Notes: generated by a model not told the origin, from the sequence alone. A DNA stretch of 64,000 bases from Zancudomyces culisetae HAW-14-8 (GCA_052426225.1 JBNJNM010000006.1:868001-932000); one strand, 5' to 3'. Positions 1-13,006 are shown, numbered from the stretch's first letter. Translations and numbers: made by a program.

Positions 1-1168
1 CCAATATTATATACGAATCCTCAATAAAATGCTTGTTTGTTTCTTCTAAAACTCGAGAGTTTAGGTATTCTGGATTGATGTATTCACGCAAATACTCGAA
101 ATCCTCAGCTGTTAGCTCTTCTTCTTCTTCTTCTTCTTCCTCTTTTTGAGGCTCGTTATTATTAATCGCTTTAAACCCATTATCTTCTTTCTCTTCATCT
201 TTTTGCTGAACTCCATCTCTATCGCTATTGTTACCGTTATATCCATACACTATGCTATTATCTCCACTCTTGATTTGTTCCAATGTAGACAGCATTTTTT
301 TACATCCATCACCGTTCATTTTCTGTTTCTGTTCTCTTTCTTTCTTGTCAGCAATCTCATCCTTACAATGGAACCATCCTTGAATACTAATCCGCTGGTT
401 GTTGTATTTTTCATGCATAACTTCCTGCACTGCGTGAAGCGAAACTCCTGGAACAACCTCAAAAAATACCAGCTGGTTGTTTTTAACAGGTAATACCTTA
501 ACTTCCTTGTGGTCAACCGAATACATCTCCAAACCTCCTCCATTGCTGCTGCCATCCCATACCAAATTGTCATCCTGCTTCGCTTCCATTTCTGTGAAAT
601 ATAGAATAAAACTGATCTTGCGGTCGTTAATACAGTCATCATGAAACAGTAGGTAATCTCCATTCTTGTAGATGTTTGCACTCATATCCGTCTTGACCTC
701 CGAGAGCTCACTGCAACCCGTGACTGTTTCTATAAACTCCCGGAATTCTCTCGAGTAAATTTCATTTCGCAACTTCTTTAGCCAACGGATTTCGTCCTGC
801 TCAAATGTCGACAGCCCATCAATATTCGACAAGTCCCCCGATTGATGATAACAGTAGATATCCGTTTGTTTGCGGGTATACTTGAGTTTGTTTAGCATTT
901 CTTGTTTTATCAAATCCACACAATCTGGATTAATAATCGGATTGATCACCGCATGTTTGTAGGGCCCCGACGTTTCGTACCGCTTCTTTATCTCCGCAAT
1001 ATTCTGTTTGCTCAACAAATTCTGTGCCAAAACCTTGGTGTTGGTACTGGCATTGCCATCCTCGTTTGGTTCGGTCGATATCTTTACTTTTTTGTTTGCG
1101 CTTTCAAAATCAGCCTCGTTGGATAATTGAGGCTCTTCCCCATCCTTTCTTTGTTTATATGTACCCAT
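1..1168 (-). CDS. TPA1: Prolyl 3,4-dihydroxylase of uS12/Rps23 (Tpa1/Ofd1/OGFOD1 family); 3' end runs off the window
   Basis: Manually translated minus-strand ORF from ATG 1168 (MGTYKQRKDGEEPQ...), absent from the ORF track because it has no stop in the window. Contains KQTDIYCYHQSGDLSNIDGL, YLLFHDDCINDRKISFILY (HxD), NQLVFFEVVPGVSLHAVQEV (distal His) and RISIQGWFH (2OG-binding Arg). Confidence 0.93.
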   Translation of the reverse strand, partial: MGTYKQRKDGEEPQLSNEADFESANKKVKISTEPNEDGNASTNTKVLAQNLLSKQNIAEIKKRYETSGPYKHAVINPIINPDCVDLIKQEMLNKLKYTRKQTDIYCYHQSGDLSNIDGLSTFEQDEIRWLKKLRNEIYSREFREFIETVTGCSELSEVKTDMSANIYKNGDYLLFHDDCINDRKISFILYFTEMEAKQDDNLVWDGSSNGGGLEMYSVDHKEVKVLPVKNNQLVFFEVVPGVSLHAVQEVMHEKYNNQRISIQGWFHCKDEIADKKEREQKQKMNGDGCKKMLSTLEQIKSGDNSIVYGYNGNNSDRDGVQQKDEEKEDNGFKAINNNEPQKEEEEEEEEELTAEDFEYLREYINPEYLNSRVLEETNKHFIEDSYIIL

Positions 1169-2388
1169 ACCTTGCTTAGTTTATAGTTGATACTTTTAAG
1201 AGCTTTTTGAAGAATTCCACTCACTCCAAAGCAGACAATATAATATCAAGAATATAAAAGTTTTTCTATTTTCTTTTATTTGATTTGATCACAAATTAAT
1301 ATATTTGAGCAGGAAAAAAAAAATAGTAAAAATAAGGTGATTTCGAAACACAACAAAACCAAATTGGATCTTAAAAACCAAATTGTTTTCTCGGTCTCTC
1401 AGCTGATTTATTATGTCTGATACACAAACAAAAGTAGCTAAAAAAAAATTTTTTTTCTCTACTCATTTTCTTTACTCGATCTCATTACCCGTGTATGTAC
1501 CAGACTGGATATCATATCACACAAGTCATGTAGATATATCATGGGACCATTGGACAGAGTTTGGGCACCAAGTAGGAGTTAGAATTGATTTAAAATTCGA
1601 GACTTTAAAACATCTAGGTGCACTTGTTGGTATACTTGCTGTTCTTCAACCAACCCAAGCTCATTATGTACAATAACCAGCTATGATCTTTTTTTTACCC
1701 ATAGTATAACTCTTTTTCTTTTCTTTTAGAGTGACCCATTTTCTAAGCTTGAACCATTTGTATTGTAACCACTTTGATAGTCGGACGCTGGATATAGTTT
1801 GGAGTATCATCCGTTTTCTACTTGATGATGATGCTCATATCTTGAACCCTGACAGTAGATCTATATACCAGCATTATGTCTAGATCAAATAATTTGTAGT
1901 GATATTACTTGTCTTCTCTCCTCTCTCCTCTCTCCTCTCTTTTCCTCTCTTCCCTGAGAAGTAAAAAAATAATAAACAGGTGGATGAATATCATGTACAC
2001 ATGTTTTTTCCATATTACTGGGTTTTGTATGTTTGGTCCCTTTCAGTGCGACTTTTAAAATGCAGAAAAGGATTTCCAATATATCTTTTCGCAAAATGCC
2101 ACTGACTTCTGTTTTCAAGAAATGAAAGGCCTTTTATTGGAATTTGATTCCAGCATTTCCTTTGCCATTAATATTTTTTTTTGTTTTTATTTTACTATTA
2201 CCAATGGTATTCATCACCTTCCAAGAAATAGAAATTAAAGTAAAATAAAGCAAAAAAAATAAATACACACACAGATTTTGCTCACATTATGCAAACAAAA
2301 AATTTTTATTTAGCACACCGCTCAAGTTAAAGATATATCAACTAAATTTTTTGGTCCTAAAGTACTTGAGGCGCATACAACTAAAAAT

Positions 2389-5300
2389 ATGGATTATAAA
2401 AAGGAGCTGGAGAGGAAAACCGAGCAGTGGGAGCAACTGAGACGGACAATAAAGAATGAAAGTCCAATGTACATATCACGGGCCTTAAAAGCTTGGTTTT
2501 TCGGTTCGGAAGCTGTGATTAGGGGGGAGGATGAGCATTTGATGTTGATTGAAGCCATAAATCTGTTGAGTGATAGGATTGAAGAGTGAGTTTTATATAT
2601 AAATATATAGGTATATATATACTGTTTCAATGTGCGATAGATCGTGGCAAACAAATGATACGACTTTTGACAAATATAATATAAAAAAATACATAGATGG
2701 TTTTCGATAAAGGCAGGTAAGCCACTTGGAGAACACGATCAAGTAGCGTTATATGAATTGCTGTTACCGACAAATTGGCTGGTTCAATTGTGTATAAAAT
2801 ATCGGCAAGAATTTACAACCAGAGGGATTCTGTTACGAAGCAATCGTATCCAATTAGTTAACGAGCAAGTTGCGGGAGACAATCAAGATCAAATGGAGAA
2901 TAAACGTATTATAGATATCAAAGAGAAACTTCCAATGTGGAAAATCGAAATCAACGAGTGCTTTCCAGAAGAATATAGACAACTGCTAAAGCTATTTAGA
3001 AACCAAGGACATGGAAATGATTACAGCGCTTGTCCATGTAAGGAAATAATGGCAATGAGTAATAGAGGAAATAAGGAAGAGGATGGATACTTGATATTAG
3101 ATGTTCTTGAATACTTGTTATATTCAGTAATCAAATCGTTTGGAACGAGCAACAGACACGAAAAACAAAAGGAGAGTGTCGTTGGAGTAAAAGGTGTGCA
3201 GTTTACAGTGAACGTGGAGGTACTGGGAGCAAATAAGGGGAATAAACCGTGCGGAGTAGGAAATACAAGGTTGTGTGAAGCCTTGGCTAGAGAATACAGT
3301 ATATATTTTATACCAGTGATATCACCATTTATTGAGATTATTGGGGAGGGAAACAAAAAAATCAGCAAGGAAGAGTACCAGCGGATCCGAGAAGCATCTG
3401 GGGAGATATTGAGTAGTTCAGCTGGTGGGTACAATGGAGAAGGGAGGCGGGCAATGGTGACCAGAGAAAACATAAAAATAGTAGGAAACAAGACCAAAAG
3501 CATTATGGACAAGTGCGACAAACAAACAAGTATGCGAATAGCCGAAATGACGGCAGAGTTGATGAATGTGTTTTGGATTCCGCAGGGATTGAGCCGCGAA
3601 GAACTGGTTCAATCAAAATTGAAAACAAAAACAAAACCATTTGGATACTATAACAGCACCAACCTGAACTTTACCAACTCGAACCAGACAACAGCATCTC
3701 AGGCGAAAAGACTCCAGAGCCTACAACAGCACCAGGCATTAGGATGTTATTATCAGGCCATCAAAACACTGTCAAGGGCAGAGCAACAGTATGAGGAGCA
3801 CGTGGTAACGGTTTCCACAGAGATACCAGAAATGCTTGATTGTAAAGCAGGTAGTAGAAGCCGGACGGTGGTATATAACGGGATTGAGGAACGGCAGAAA
3901 ATAGCGCAGACAGTTCGAGATCGGGTATTTGGATTTGGAATGATGCAAGCCATGGCGGATGCAATCAAAAGCCGGGCTGGCACATACTCGGGAATTGGCG
4001 AGACAACAAGATTCCAAGTAGCAACTAGCGAGCGAACTGAAATAGCAAGTATCCGAGTGATTGTTAAAAGCTGGATTGAGTTTATCTTTCCATGGAGAGA
4101 CTTGGTCGAATATTCCACAGCAGATATAAAAGTGTTGGCAAATCAAAACAAAGAAGGAAATGAAGGAAATGAAGGAAATGAAGGAAAGGCTGAGCTGTCA
4201 TTCGAATGGAAACATCGAATCGCTCAAATCATCAACAGCCCATTTCCAGAGTTATATACAGTAGTATTAAAACTGTTTATTGTAGCTTTGATTCCGTCGC
4301 TAGACTTGCTGCTGGCCGAGAAGAAAAGCATTCATGAAACTACAGCAATGGCAACAGCTATATTTGGGAGAGATGGTTTTGGTGGCGACAGCGCGCTAAG
4401 AAGAGCTTCACATGCTGCTGAGCTGGTCAAAGATAGAGTCAACTCGGCCTTTGGGCTGGCCGAAAAACTCCACTCCTCGGACTGGCTGTCAGCACAACCA
4501 AAGGGTTCTAAAGGAGACAGAGACTTTGGCGACTCGCTTGATTTTGTTTCCTGCTACGACCCCTTGTCGCTGCTCGAACTTGTTTTTAAACCACTAAGTC
4601 ATGGTGGATTCAAGGCCGTTCTAGCCGCCATGGAACATTTGTACAGCAATTCATCCGACCTTTCTACAACTACTGCTGGCCTGCATAGTTCTGGTGATAC
4701 AGCGTATAAATCACTGTGGCTATGGCCGCGCGAGTATTCCGACCAAGAGCTTTCTTCCACCGAGAAGTATCACGTGACTCTCAAAACGCCTGAGCTTCCT
4801 GTTGTCGTTCGTTTTGTCACGAAAAAGCAATTTGTAGATAATTTTGTATTTTTGCAGCCAAATTACAAAAAACACTATACAAAAGTGCTGGAATATGCCA
4901 CCTTGGTATACAAAAACCAATCAAACTCTTTACTTCCTATCGGGACTCCCCAGAACACTCAGATTTTGCGTCAGTCTCTTCAGATCCGACAACAAAACAA
5001 ACGTATTTTTGACGAGTTTTCTTCCCAACTCCTGAGGTCGGCTGTAAAGCTTGACCACACCGTGTTTAAAAAATATATGTTATTTAATGACTCCAAACCC
5101 ATTATTGATCCACTCCTTTCTCATCTGCTTGGTGCATATGGAAAGGCAAAATCATATCACGATTCTTTAGTTCTGCTTGAAAAGAATCTGGCATCCGCAC
5201 AAAAGCAAAAGCTTCTTTCCAATCTTCCTATTCTTGGCCAGCTCATCTCCACAGTTTCTGACTTTTTCAGCAGCGATGAGAGTGGCGACCAAACCTTTGT

Positions 5301-6296
5301 CTCCTACAACAATGGCAATAACAACAGTCACAATATTTCCAATGCCTCTGTAAATACAAACATCAATACCCGTTTGCTGGGAACCTCTGCCAGCGACAAC
5401 CTCCATATCGCTGAAAAACTCACCATGTACGAATCGATTAACCTCCGTATTTCCTCCTTGTTGAGTCTTATCACTTTGACCTTTGGGATCTCCCCTGCAA
5501 ATCTGTCTAGTATACTAAACTACTATCTTGCCTCCACTTTGGCTTCCTCCTCTTCCACCACCAAAACCTCCACCACTTCTCCATCAGCCTCCCAAACCAC
5601 CCCTTCTTCCTCCTCGCAACTTCTTCCCCAATCCGCAGATTCACTCTCGTCAGCATTGCTTTCTCCTCCCTCAAACCTCGCTTCCTACATCAACGAAATC
5701 AAACCACGCGGTCCCAGATCCGCCCAAGTCGCATCCTCTAACGAATTCCAGTCTATGGTCTCTGTATCCCTGTTCCTTGACGAGTACATCATTAAACCCT
5801 TCTTGCTCCTTGTTTTACAATGTTTGTCATATTTATTCAACTTTATTTTTGCTCGTATCTCTAAAAAACTGCAAGCATCTTCAGACTCTAATGCCAACCA
5901 AGACGAAAACCAAGACGAAGGCCAGAATGAAACCCAAAATGACATACAAGGTTTCATCACCTCAGAACTTGATACTCTATCTCTATTGGTCAATTCCTTC
6001 TCTATCCGCTTTTTGTTGGCCAATAAGTTTTCCTCATCTGTAATTTTTGGTTTCCTTTTGTATCTATTTTTCGTCTTTGTTTTCTTTTAATATTCCGGGT
6101 CTTTTTTTTTTCCTGCTGTTTGTTAATGCTCTTGTTCTTGTTCTTACTCTTATTCTTATTATTGCTACTATAACTATTTTAATGGTTTTTTTTTTTTCGT
6201 AATTAGGAAAAATTATCCATACGCCATTTACATATAATAAAGCGATTCTCTAATTTCACTTTATTTTATCACGAAAAAAAGAACATAGTATCATAG
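2389..6296 (+). CDS. Large uncharacterised, largely helical protein (~1,200 aa), probably 3 exons
   Basis: Exon 2389-2585 (donor GTGAGT at 2586) splices in frame (GA|A TGG) to an exon at 2697 that continues into the 1110-aa ORF. Probable donor GTAATT at ~6040, T-rich intron to AG 6206, last exon to TAG ~6296. No family motif recognised. Confidence 0.65.
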
Positions 6297-6318
6297 ACAT
6301 AACTGTACTTTATGGATT

Positions 6319-9168
6319 ATGGCTGGTCTGTTGAAAAGGCTTTATGAAAAATACACTCTTTTCCAGCTTTTACAGTTTCTGAGACCTGTGAGGTAAACAT
6401 TTTCTATAATCCATACTCCAACTCCAACTCCAACTCAAATATATATTTAGACATATGTTCATCTTTTAAATACATCCAAACGATTTACAACTCTATAATA
6501 GCTACCTCCTAATATTTGTCTCTTTTGTTTGGTTACTGCTACTGCCTGCCGACTTTTATTCCTCAAAGACATATATTTCCGAAAATGCAATACTACCCGG
6601 ACAGGTACTTTAGCCTCACTTTATTCTGAATATACCAATGTTTTGTTTCCCCTTTTGTTTCCCCCCTAATCTTTTATCATACCTTTATGTTGTGAAAAAT
6701 ATTAGGTAAACAGTAATTTTGGCGCAGAAATGTTCAAAATTCGAACAAAGACTGCCAAACTCAGAGAATATATCGAAGCACAGGATCCGAGGTACTTTTC
6801 TTTTTTTGTTCTTCTCTATTTTTTTAGGAGGGGGGAGAGTGTTGATTAGTAGTATTAAAATTATAAATGAATATTCTGTTTTTTTTTTAGTTGGGCGAAC
6901 GAATTACTTGAAATCTACAATGAATATGGTATCCAAGCCGAGGCACATAGTATCGATGATGTTATAGATTCATCAACGACAAAAAAAGGAACTGTTGTCC
7001 ATGCAATTATAAGAGCGACCAGATCTGATACGGTAGAATCCATGGTGCTGAGCGTTCCTACCCGCATCTCAACCGATCCAAAACTCTCCAACGCCAATGC
7101 AATAGAACTGAGCGTTGCCCTTGCTATTCATTTTTCAGGTAAATAAAAATAATTGAAAAAAAAATCATAGCGTACTTTTGTTTTTTTTAGAGGAGGAGGA
7201 GAAGGGAACAGATTTAGATTTTACATTCTTAATGTTAATATGAACGTAGAAATGCATATCTGGTCAAAAGACGTAGTGATAATTACAAGCGATTTGGGAG
7301 AATACGGCGTTTACAAGTGGTTGCAGTCGCACTTGTTGCTTGATACAGATAATAGCAAGGGATACCAAAAATATAGAGTAGGAGCGATTCAAGGAGCTGT
7401 AGGGCTTGAAATACCACCTGGTACGAACTTTGATAAAATTGGGCTGTATTATGGTAAATTTGTCTTTTTTATTTGTTAAGAAAAGTTCTTGGTCGTATTT
7501 AAAAGTAAGCACAGGCATAAGAATAAACACTGAATATTGCTACATTTGTATTTATTAGAGGGTAAAGATGGGCAGCTTTCAAATTTGGACTTACCTAACA
7601 CTGCTGCTATCATTTTTGGCTTTCAAAATTTTGAAGCTTTAAACCACGGTTCGAAGAGCTGTCATAAACTCACTTCCGATTTTGAGAAATACAAGTGTGT
7701 CTTTTGGAATCTGATCCGTGGGATGAAAGTCTTGGCTTTTGGAAGCAACCATGGCACTCAAGCTCCATTTTTAGAGTATGTCCTATTCATTTCTACCCAA
7801 TTACGTATATACTAACCCATATCCTTTTCATATCTTATCGTGTTTCTTTTTTTTTTGTTTTGTAAAATAGGTATAGAATTGACGCTATAAGTGTAATAGC
7901 CATACCACGTGACGTCGACGGTAACATAGACTCTAGTGTGGCCAGTATTGACTCTTTAGTTAGGATTGGAATGTAAGTTGAATACTGCTAACCCATATAA
8001 TCATAACTATAACTATACCCCTATTGTTTCTGATCCCTATGGTGCTTGCAACAATATTAGATCTATCGAATCGCTATTCAGGAGTATAAACAACTTGTTG
8101 GAACATTTTCACCAGTCGTTTTTCCTTTATTTACTACCAGATTCCAAGAGATACATATCGATAGGAAACTACATTGTTCCTGTGATCTTGATGACCGTAG
8201 CTATCTTGTTAAAGGTAACCAGATCCCTCCTTAATCAAATGCTAGTAGCAAGCCTAAATATTTATTTTCTACTCTACTTATTCAACTTTTTTTTTTCATG
8301 CCTGGTACTACTTAGGGCTTATCAATGTTGGCCTATATTATCCCCCCGGATGAAACAATGCCAAAAGATCGAGTTGTTTCGCTAACTAAAACATATAAGC
8401 TTGTTACAACCTCACTTTGTGGTTCTGGTTTGCTATTTTTGTTTGTGTTGTGCTACACCTTTTTGGTGTTTATTTTTACCGACTATGTATATTTTTACAG
8501 ATTTCCGGTAAGCTTTCTTTTGATATTATCTTTATATCTTACTCTTACTAATCTCAATCTATATTATAAATATGCCTCTTTTTTTTATACCAATACTCTA
8601 GATTTTGAACCTTCGTTTCCACCTGATCTCTCTGTTTTCTATTCTGCTATTTATCAAACGGGCAGACTTTAAGTGCAACCGATTTTCTTTGATGTTTTTG
8701 GCATGTATGTATGCTGCTCTGTGTATAAGCGCCCTCTCCATCATCAACTTTAGTCTGTCATTATATTCATTTTTCACTGTTGGTCTTCCTCTTGTTTTAC
8801 TACCCGTCAAGCCAGCCACGACCAAAAGTGTCGGGATTAACTCCAAGCAACTCTTTAGAAAAGAAAGTTCGGACGCTACAACGTACAAACAAGTGCAGAT
8901 GGCGCTTTCAACACGTTCCAACTCGCTTCTTTACAAACTTTTGTTGTCTATCCAGGCAACTCTTCTAATTTTGGTGTCACCTGCCGGGCTATCTTTGGTT
9001 TCTTTGCTGCTTGCCTCCAAGACAGCGACTCTCAATTTTATTGATTGGCCCACCATCATTCTGCAATACAAAATCTATGGCCATTCAGCATTCTATTTTT
9101 CTTCCTTTTTCTTGCACTTTAGTATTAACATCATTTCTTGTATCATTTTGTTTTTACAAGTATTTTAA
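6319..9168 (+). CDS. GAA1: GPI transamidase subunit Gaa1 (multi-exon)
   Basis: Exon fragments give TYISENAILPGQ, WSKDVVIITSD, EGKDGQLSNLDLPN and ESLFRSINNLLEHFHQSFFLYLLPDSKRYISIGNYI, followed by a multi-TM C-terminus. These are Gaa1 family motifs. Confidence 0.9.
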
Positions 9169-9423
9169 ACTGTCTTATATCTACATATACATCCAAATCT
9201 GCATACGCATTTGTAAATGCCTCAGTTATTATTTTTTGTATCCAATTGTTTCCAGAATTGCTTTTTTCTTTTTTTTTCCAGTACATACCCAATTTCATTT
9301 TTTTTTTCCAATGAATTTTTGCATTTTGAAATCCTATAAAATCTTGATCAAACTTTCCCTTTTTCAAATCAAGTAATAGATATAAACCAGGTATCAATAC
9401 ACCAAAAAATAAAAGAGCTTGAA

Positions 9424-11046
9424 ATGTCCTTGACACCCTTTAGATTCAATAAAATACTACGAAAGTTCTTTGTAAGCAAAAGTGCTAGCGATGGTGGGTA
9501 TATATCCGGGTCATATACCATAGCCCCACAAAACCGAAAATACTCCAGAGCAAATTCGAACAAGGGTCGCAGCCTCGCTGCCAAAAACGGTGCTGGTTCC
9601 AATGACAGCAAAAGTGAATATGATCCGGCTAGTAAAAACCCCACAGCTGATACTAATTCTACTCTCTTTGAAACACGGGCTCAATTTTTATTGAATAATC
9701 CAAATATTTCTATCCCAGGAAAGTACATGAAATATCTAAAAACAGATTTGCGAAAGCGTGATATAAAAAAGGTAAGTCTTTTCAATATTAGAATACTATT
9801 TATCTATTCTCACCTTCTCTTTCCTCTTCTCCCCTATCTCTTCCCGATCCTTTTTTTGTTTAGTTATTTTTTACTAACTTTTGATATTTAAAGATTGATT
9901 CCCTTTACATATAAACTGGAATTTGTATCTTTTATCATAATTATAACTTTAAATATATATATATATATAATTAATAGTATTCTAGGAACATTGAAGATTT
10001 AAACACTACAAACAAGCATGTGCTCGATGGTTCTACATTAGTTGGAGGCAAAAAAGACGGCAATCAAGTTGTAATTGTCAAATCCACAAAGTCATCACAA
10101 ACGAATGATCTTTCAAATACAAAAAAGAAATACACGCATAAAAATGAAGCATATCCAGTCGATAATCAAGTCGAATTCCAACAACAAGCGGTTGATATTT
10201 TAAACACAAATTCTTCTCAAGTATTATATGCCAACAGGTTCAAGGCCGCCCTTCTTTCTTTGTTTCCAAAGATCAGCGGCTCTGTTAACGCTGCACTTAG
10301 CGATAGAAACGCCACGACACCGTATTCACAAGATACCGAAAAACTCGAATTTTTGAATTTTATTGATAGTTTCTATCGAAGCAAGAATATTAACAACCTA
10401 GGTGGAGAAAAAAGTAGTGATGGATACACAAGTATACTTAAATTCTTGAATCTCAAGCTTTTCTACATAGATCAGGTTAGTCTATACACTTTCTATATAT
10501 TTCTATCGTTTTTACTCATATTCAACCTCGTTTCTCAAATGCGGTCCCATGCTTCTATTTGATTCTCGCAATCACTTCATGTGTTTCTATATACGTCATA
10601 GGTCAATATTTCATCAAACTACAAACGCCTGTTTGTATACTATTCACCCTCCACCCTAAATTCACCAGAAACCAATGTAAGTATCTTTATGCCACCTTTT
10701 ACTCATTTTCTCCTTTCCTCCCTCGCCCCGCACCAATTTATAAACAGTTTGATTTTGTTTGCTGATGTTTTTTGTTGTAGTTTTAATCTATCGTTGTTTT
10801 TGATAACTTTCCTGTCAACACACATCCTGTTTCAATTCTAACTGTGTATCCCATTATTTTCTATTCTAGTCGAGGATTTCAGACGCGCTAGGATATTCTG
10901 AACCTTTACTTCTTCACTTATTCCTTATGCAATACAAAGGTCTGCCAAAACTATCAGCCATTGTTTTCAAACCATCCGATGATGTTTCCAATCAGTTTGG
11001 AGAGCTAGAACATGACACAAACCTCTTAGAAGCGTTCATCAAATAG
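9424..11046 (+). CDS. Probable mitochondrial ribosome-binding factor A (RbfA/RBFA-like), ~4 exons
   Basis: Basic, Ser/Arg-rich presequence-like N-terminus. Later exons give ANRFKAALLSLF, FYIDQ|VNISSNYKRLFVYY and YKGLPKLSAIVFKPSDDVSNQFGELE, which resemble the RbfA V(S/T)xDL..A.VY strand and P.L.F..D tail. Similarity judged by eye. Confidence 0.5.
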
Positions 11047-11173
11047 ATCCTTTTGGGCTACACATCGTTCTGTTTGTATTTTTTTTTAATTTTGGAATAT
11101 TGTATATAAATTTAACTATCTTATAGAAAAAAATTGTACATAAAACCATAGCTTTTAGAAAAACCAAGTGCTA

Positions 11174-13006
11174 TTAATCAACATCGTTAATTCCCCCCTC
11201 CTCGTCGCTCATATTTTCATCCTCCCAGCTGCCCTCGTTACTTCCTGCCTGACTCATACGGACTTCCTTCAATTGCGGGGATTTACTAAGCGGGTTTGCA
11301 AATTGAACACCGGAGATGACATCAATCTCGCCATCAGCTAGAGAAGGACCACCCATCATACCCTGGCCAAGCATAGCCATCAGTGGATTGTTGTTGGACA
11401 TTGCAGGCATTCCATGGCCACCACAACAGCCTCCTCCTCCCCCACCATGCTCATGTCCCTCCATCTCCATTTCCTGCATTCTTTGGAGTGCTTCCATCAT
11501 TTCTGGTGGCATATGTTGGTCACTTGCAAAGAAGAACGAAATGGTACCATACTTTTCTCTCAACATCTGGCACTCTTTCTTAGAAATATCAATTCCTGCA
11601 ATTTCCACCTCGTGCAACGACATTTTAAAACGTTCTATTAGTGCTTTAACTCCCCGTGCACTCAATCCGTTCAACCCGCGTATAATCAAAACCTCCAAGT
11701 TTTTTGTAAGCAGGTTGCTTTTTGGTGATTCAAGAAGTTTTAAAAGCTCTTTTTCATCACTGAGTGCTGATGCTGCGATTTCGATCTCATTCAGCATTTC
11801 AGATGTTAAAAGTGATTCAAGCATTGCAGTTGTTATACCTGTATTTACTAGGGTTGCCCTTTTTAGTCTCTTCCATTCAAGATCAGGGCTCCATGCTTCG
11901 GAGATATCAATACCACAGGCACATAGCTGTATTTTTTCCAATTGCTTGGAATAACTTTTCAAAATTAGGTTCATATTTTCTGGTGTTATCATTTGTATTT
12001 CTGTGAAGTTTAGCGATTGAAGATTTTTAAAGCTAGCTCCGATAATTTTGCTAGTTTCTGGTGGCATCAGAAATGCGAAAGTACTCAACTGGGTTATACT
12101 TTCCCAGTTTTGGTTTAAAAAGCTATTGAATTGGCCCGGGGTTGAATGCTCTCTCAGCTCCAACGACTGGAGTTTTGGGAGGTGTTTGGGTGTGATGTTT
12201 TTGAGCACCGCGCCAGAGTTGCTATAAATTCCTCCCACTACCAGATGAGTGAGCCCCTGAGCCTTTTGAAGAAGCATTTCCAGTTCACTGAGCCCACTAT
12301 CAACCAGCCTACTCAATCCCAGTTTTCTCAGTCTGGCCCCATACCTTGTATTAATTGTTTTCACTGTATCCGCCGTCAAATACGACTCGGTGTCGATTTC
12401 TATCTCCTCCAGTTTATCAGATTTACTTGTTTTGACCAATCGATCAATTACATCAGGATATATATGGATTCCTTGTAGCTGAAGGGTTCGTAGATTTGAA
12501 AGCTCTGCTATGCTTTCAAATATTTTATTGCCCTTGTTTGCGGCTGCATTTTTTGCAGCAGCTGAGTTTATGTCTTCATTGAACCCGACACCAACATCCA
12601 CCATTCTCAGCTGGATATACGTGATTGTTTGTTTGAACTTTTCACACAATCCTGTCACCATCTCTCTGACCAATTTACGGTCTGTAAAATATCTTATATA
12701 TACCTTATCTAGCTGTACCAGACCTTTGATAAGCGACTGTATATGTGTTGTGGTTATTTCTCTTGGGCCCTCAACTATGTGGAGCTCTCTGATTTTTTCA
12801 ATGTTCTTGACCAGCAGCAATTCAAAGTTATCGAGCTGGTAGTGCTCATCAGTGACTCTTTTCCATGCACATTCATTTGCTGTTTTATTGATATTTCTAT
12901 TGAGTTCTCTAAGGCGCAGAAACGGTTCAAGTCCCATGTACTCGAGCAGCTTTTGCCCTATTTCTGGCTTTGAGATCGCCTCTTCCAACATATTTATTCT
13001 TGTCAT
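11174..13006 (-). CDS. F-box-like/leucine-rich-repeat (RNI-like) protein with Gly/His/Cys/Met-rich acidic tail
   Basis: Intronless 610-aa ORF. N-terminal PEIGQKLLEYMGLEPFLRLRELNR..W is F-box-like, and there are many LxxLxL repeats (LSNLRTLQL, LPKLQSLEL, FKNLQSLNF). Confidence 0.8.
   Translation of the reverse strand: MTRINMLEEAISKPEIGQKLLEYMGLEPFLRLRELNRNINKTANECAWKRVTDEHYQLDNFELLLVKNIEKIRELHIVEGPREITTTHIQSLIKGLVQLDKVYIRYFTDRKLVREMVTGLCEKFKQTITYIQLRMVDVGVGFNEDINSAAAKNAAANKGNKIFESIAELSNLRTLQLQGIHIYPDVIDRLVKTSKSDKLEEIEIDTESYLTADTVKTINTRYGARLRKLGLSRLVDSGLSELEMLLQKAQGLTHLVVGGIYSNSGAVLKNITPKHLPKLQSLELREHSTPGQFNSFLNQNWESITQLSTFAFLMPPETSKIIGASFKNLQSLNFTEIQMITPENMNLILKSYSKQLEKIQLCACGIDISEAWSPDLEWKRLKRATLVNTGITTAMLESLLTSEMLNEIEIAASALSDEKELLKLLESPKSNLLTKNLEVLIIRGLNGLSARGVKALIERFKMSLHEVEIAGIDISKKECQMLREKYGTISFFFASDQHMPPEMMEALQRMQEMEMEGHEHGGGGGGCCGGHGMPAMSNNNPLMAMLGQGMMGGPSLADGEIDVISGVQFANPLSKSPQLKEVRMSQAGSNEGSWEDENMSDEEGGINDVD

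Noticed and set aside
1080-1168. Apparent -1 frameshift site (A AAA AAG TAA) near the TPA1 start
   Set aside because: Careful reading (GAT GGG GAA GAG) shows ATG 1168 is already in frame with the catalytic domain, so the heptamer is out of frame.
1413-2170. Coding-like fragments with in-frame TGA/TAA, considered as a selenoprotein or pseudogene
   Set aside because: No consistent frame, no recognisable selenoprotein motif or SECIS, and several non-TGA stops.
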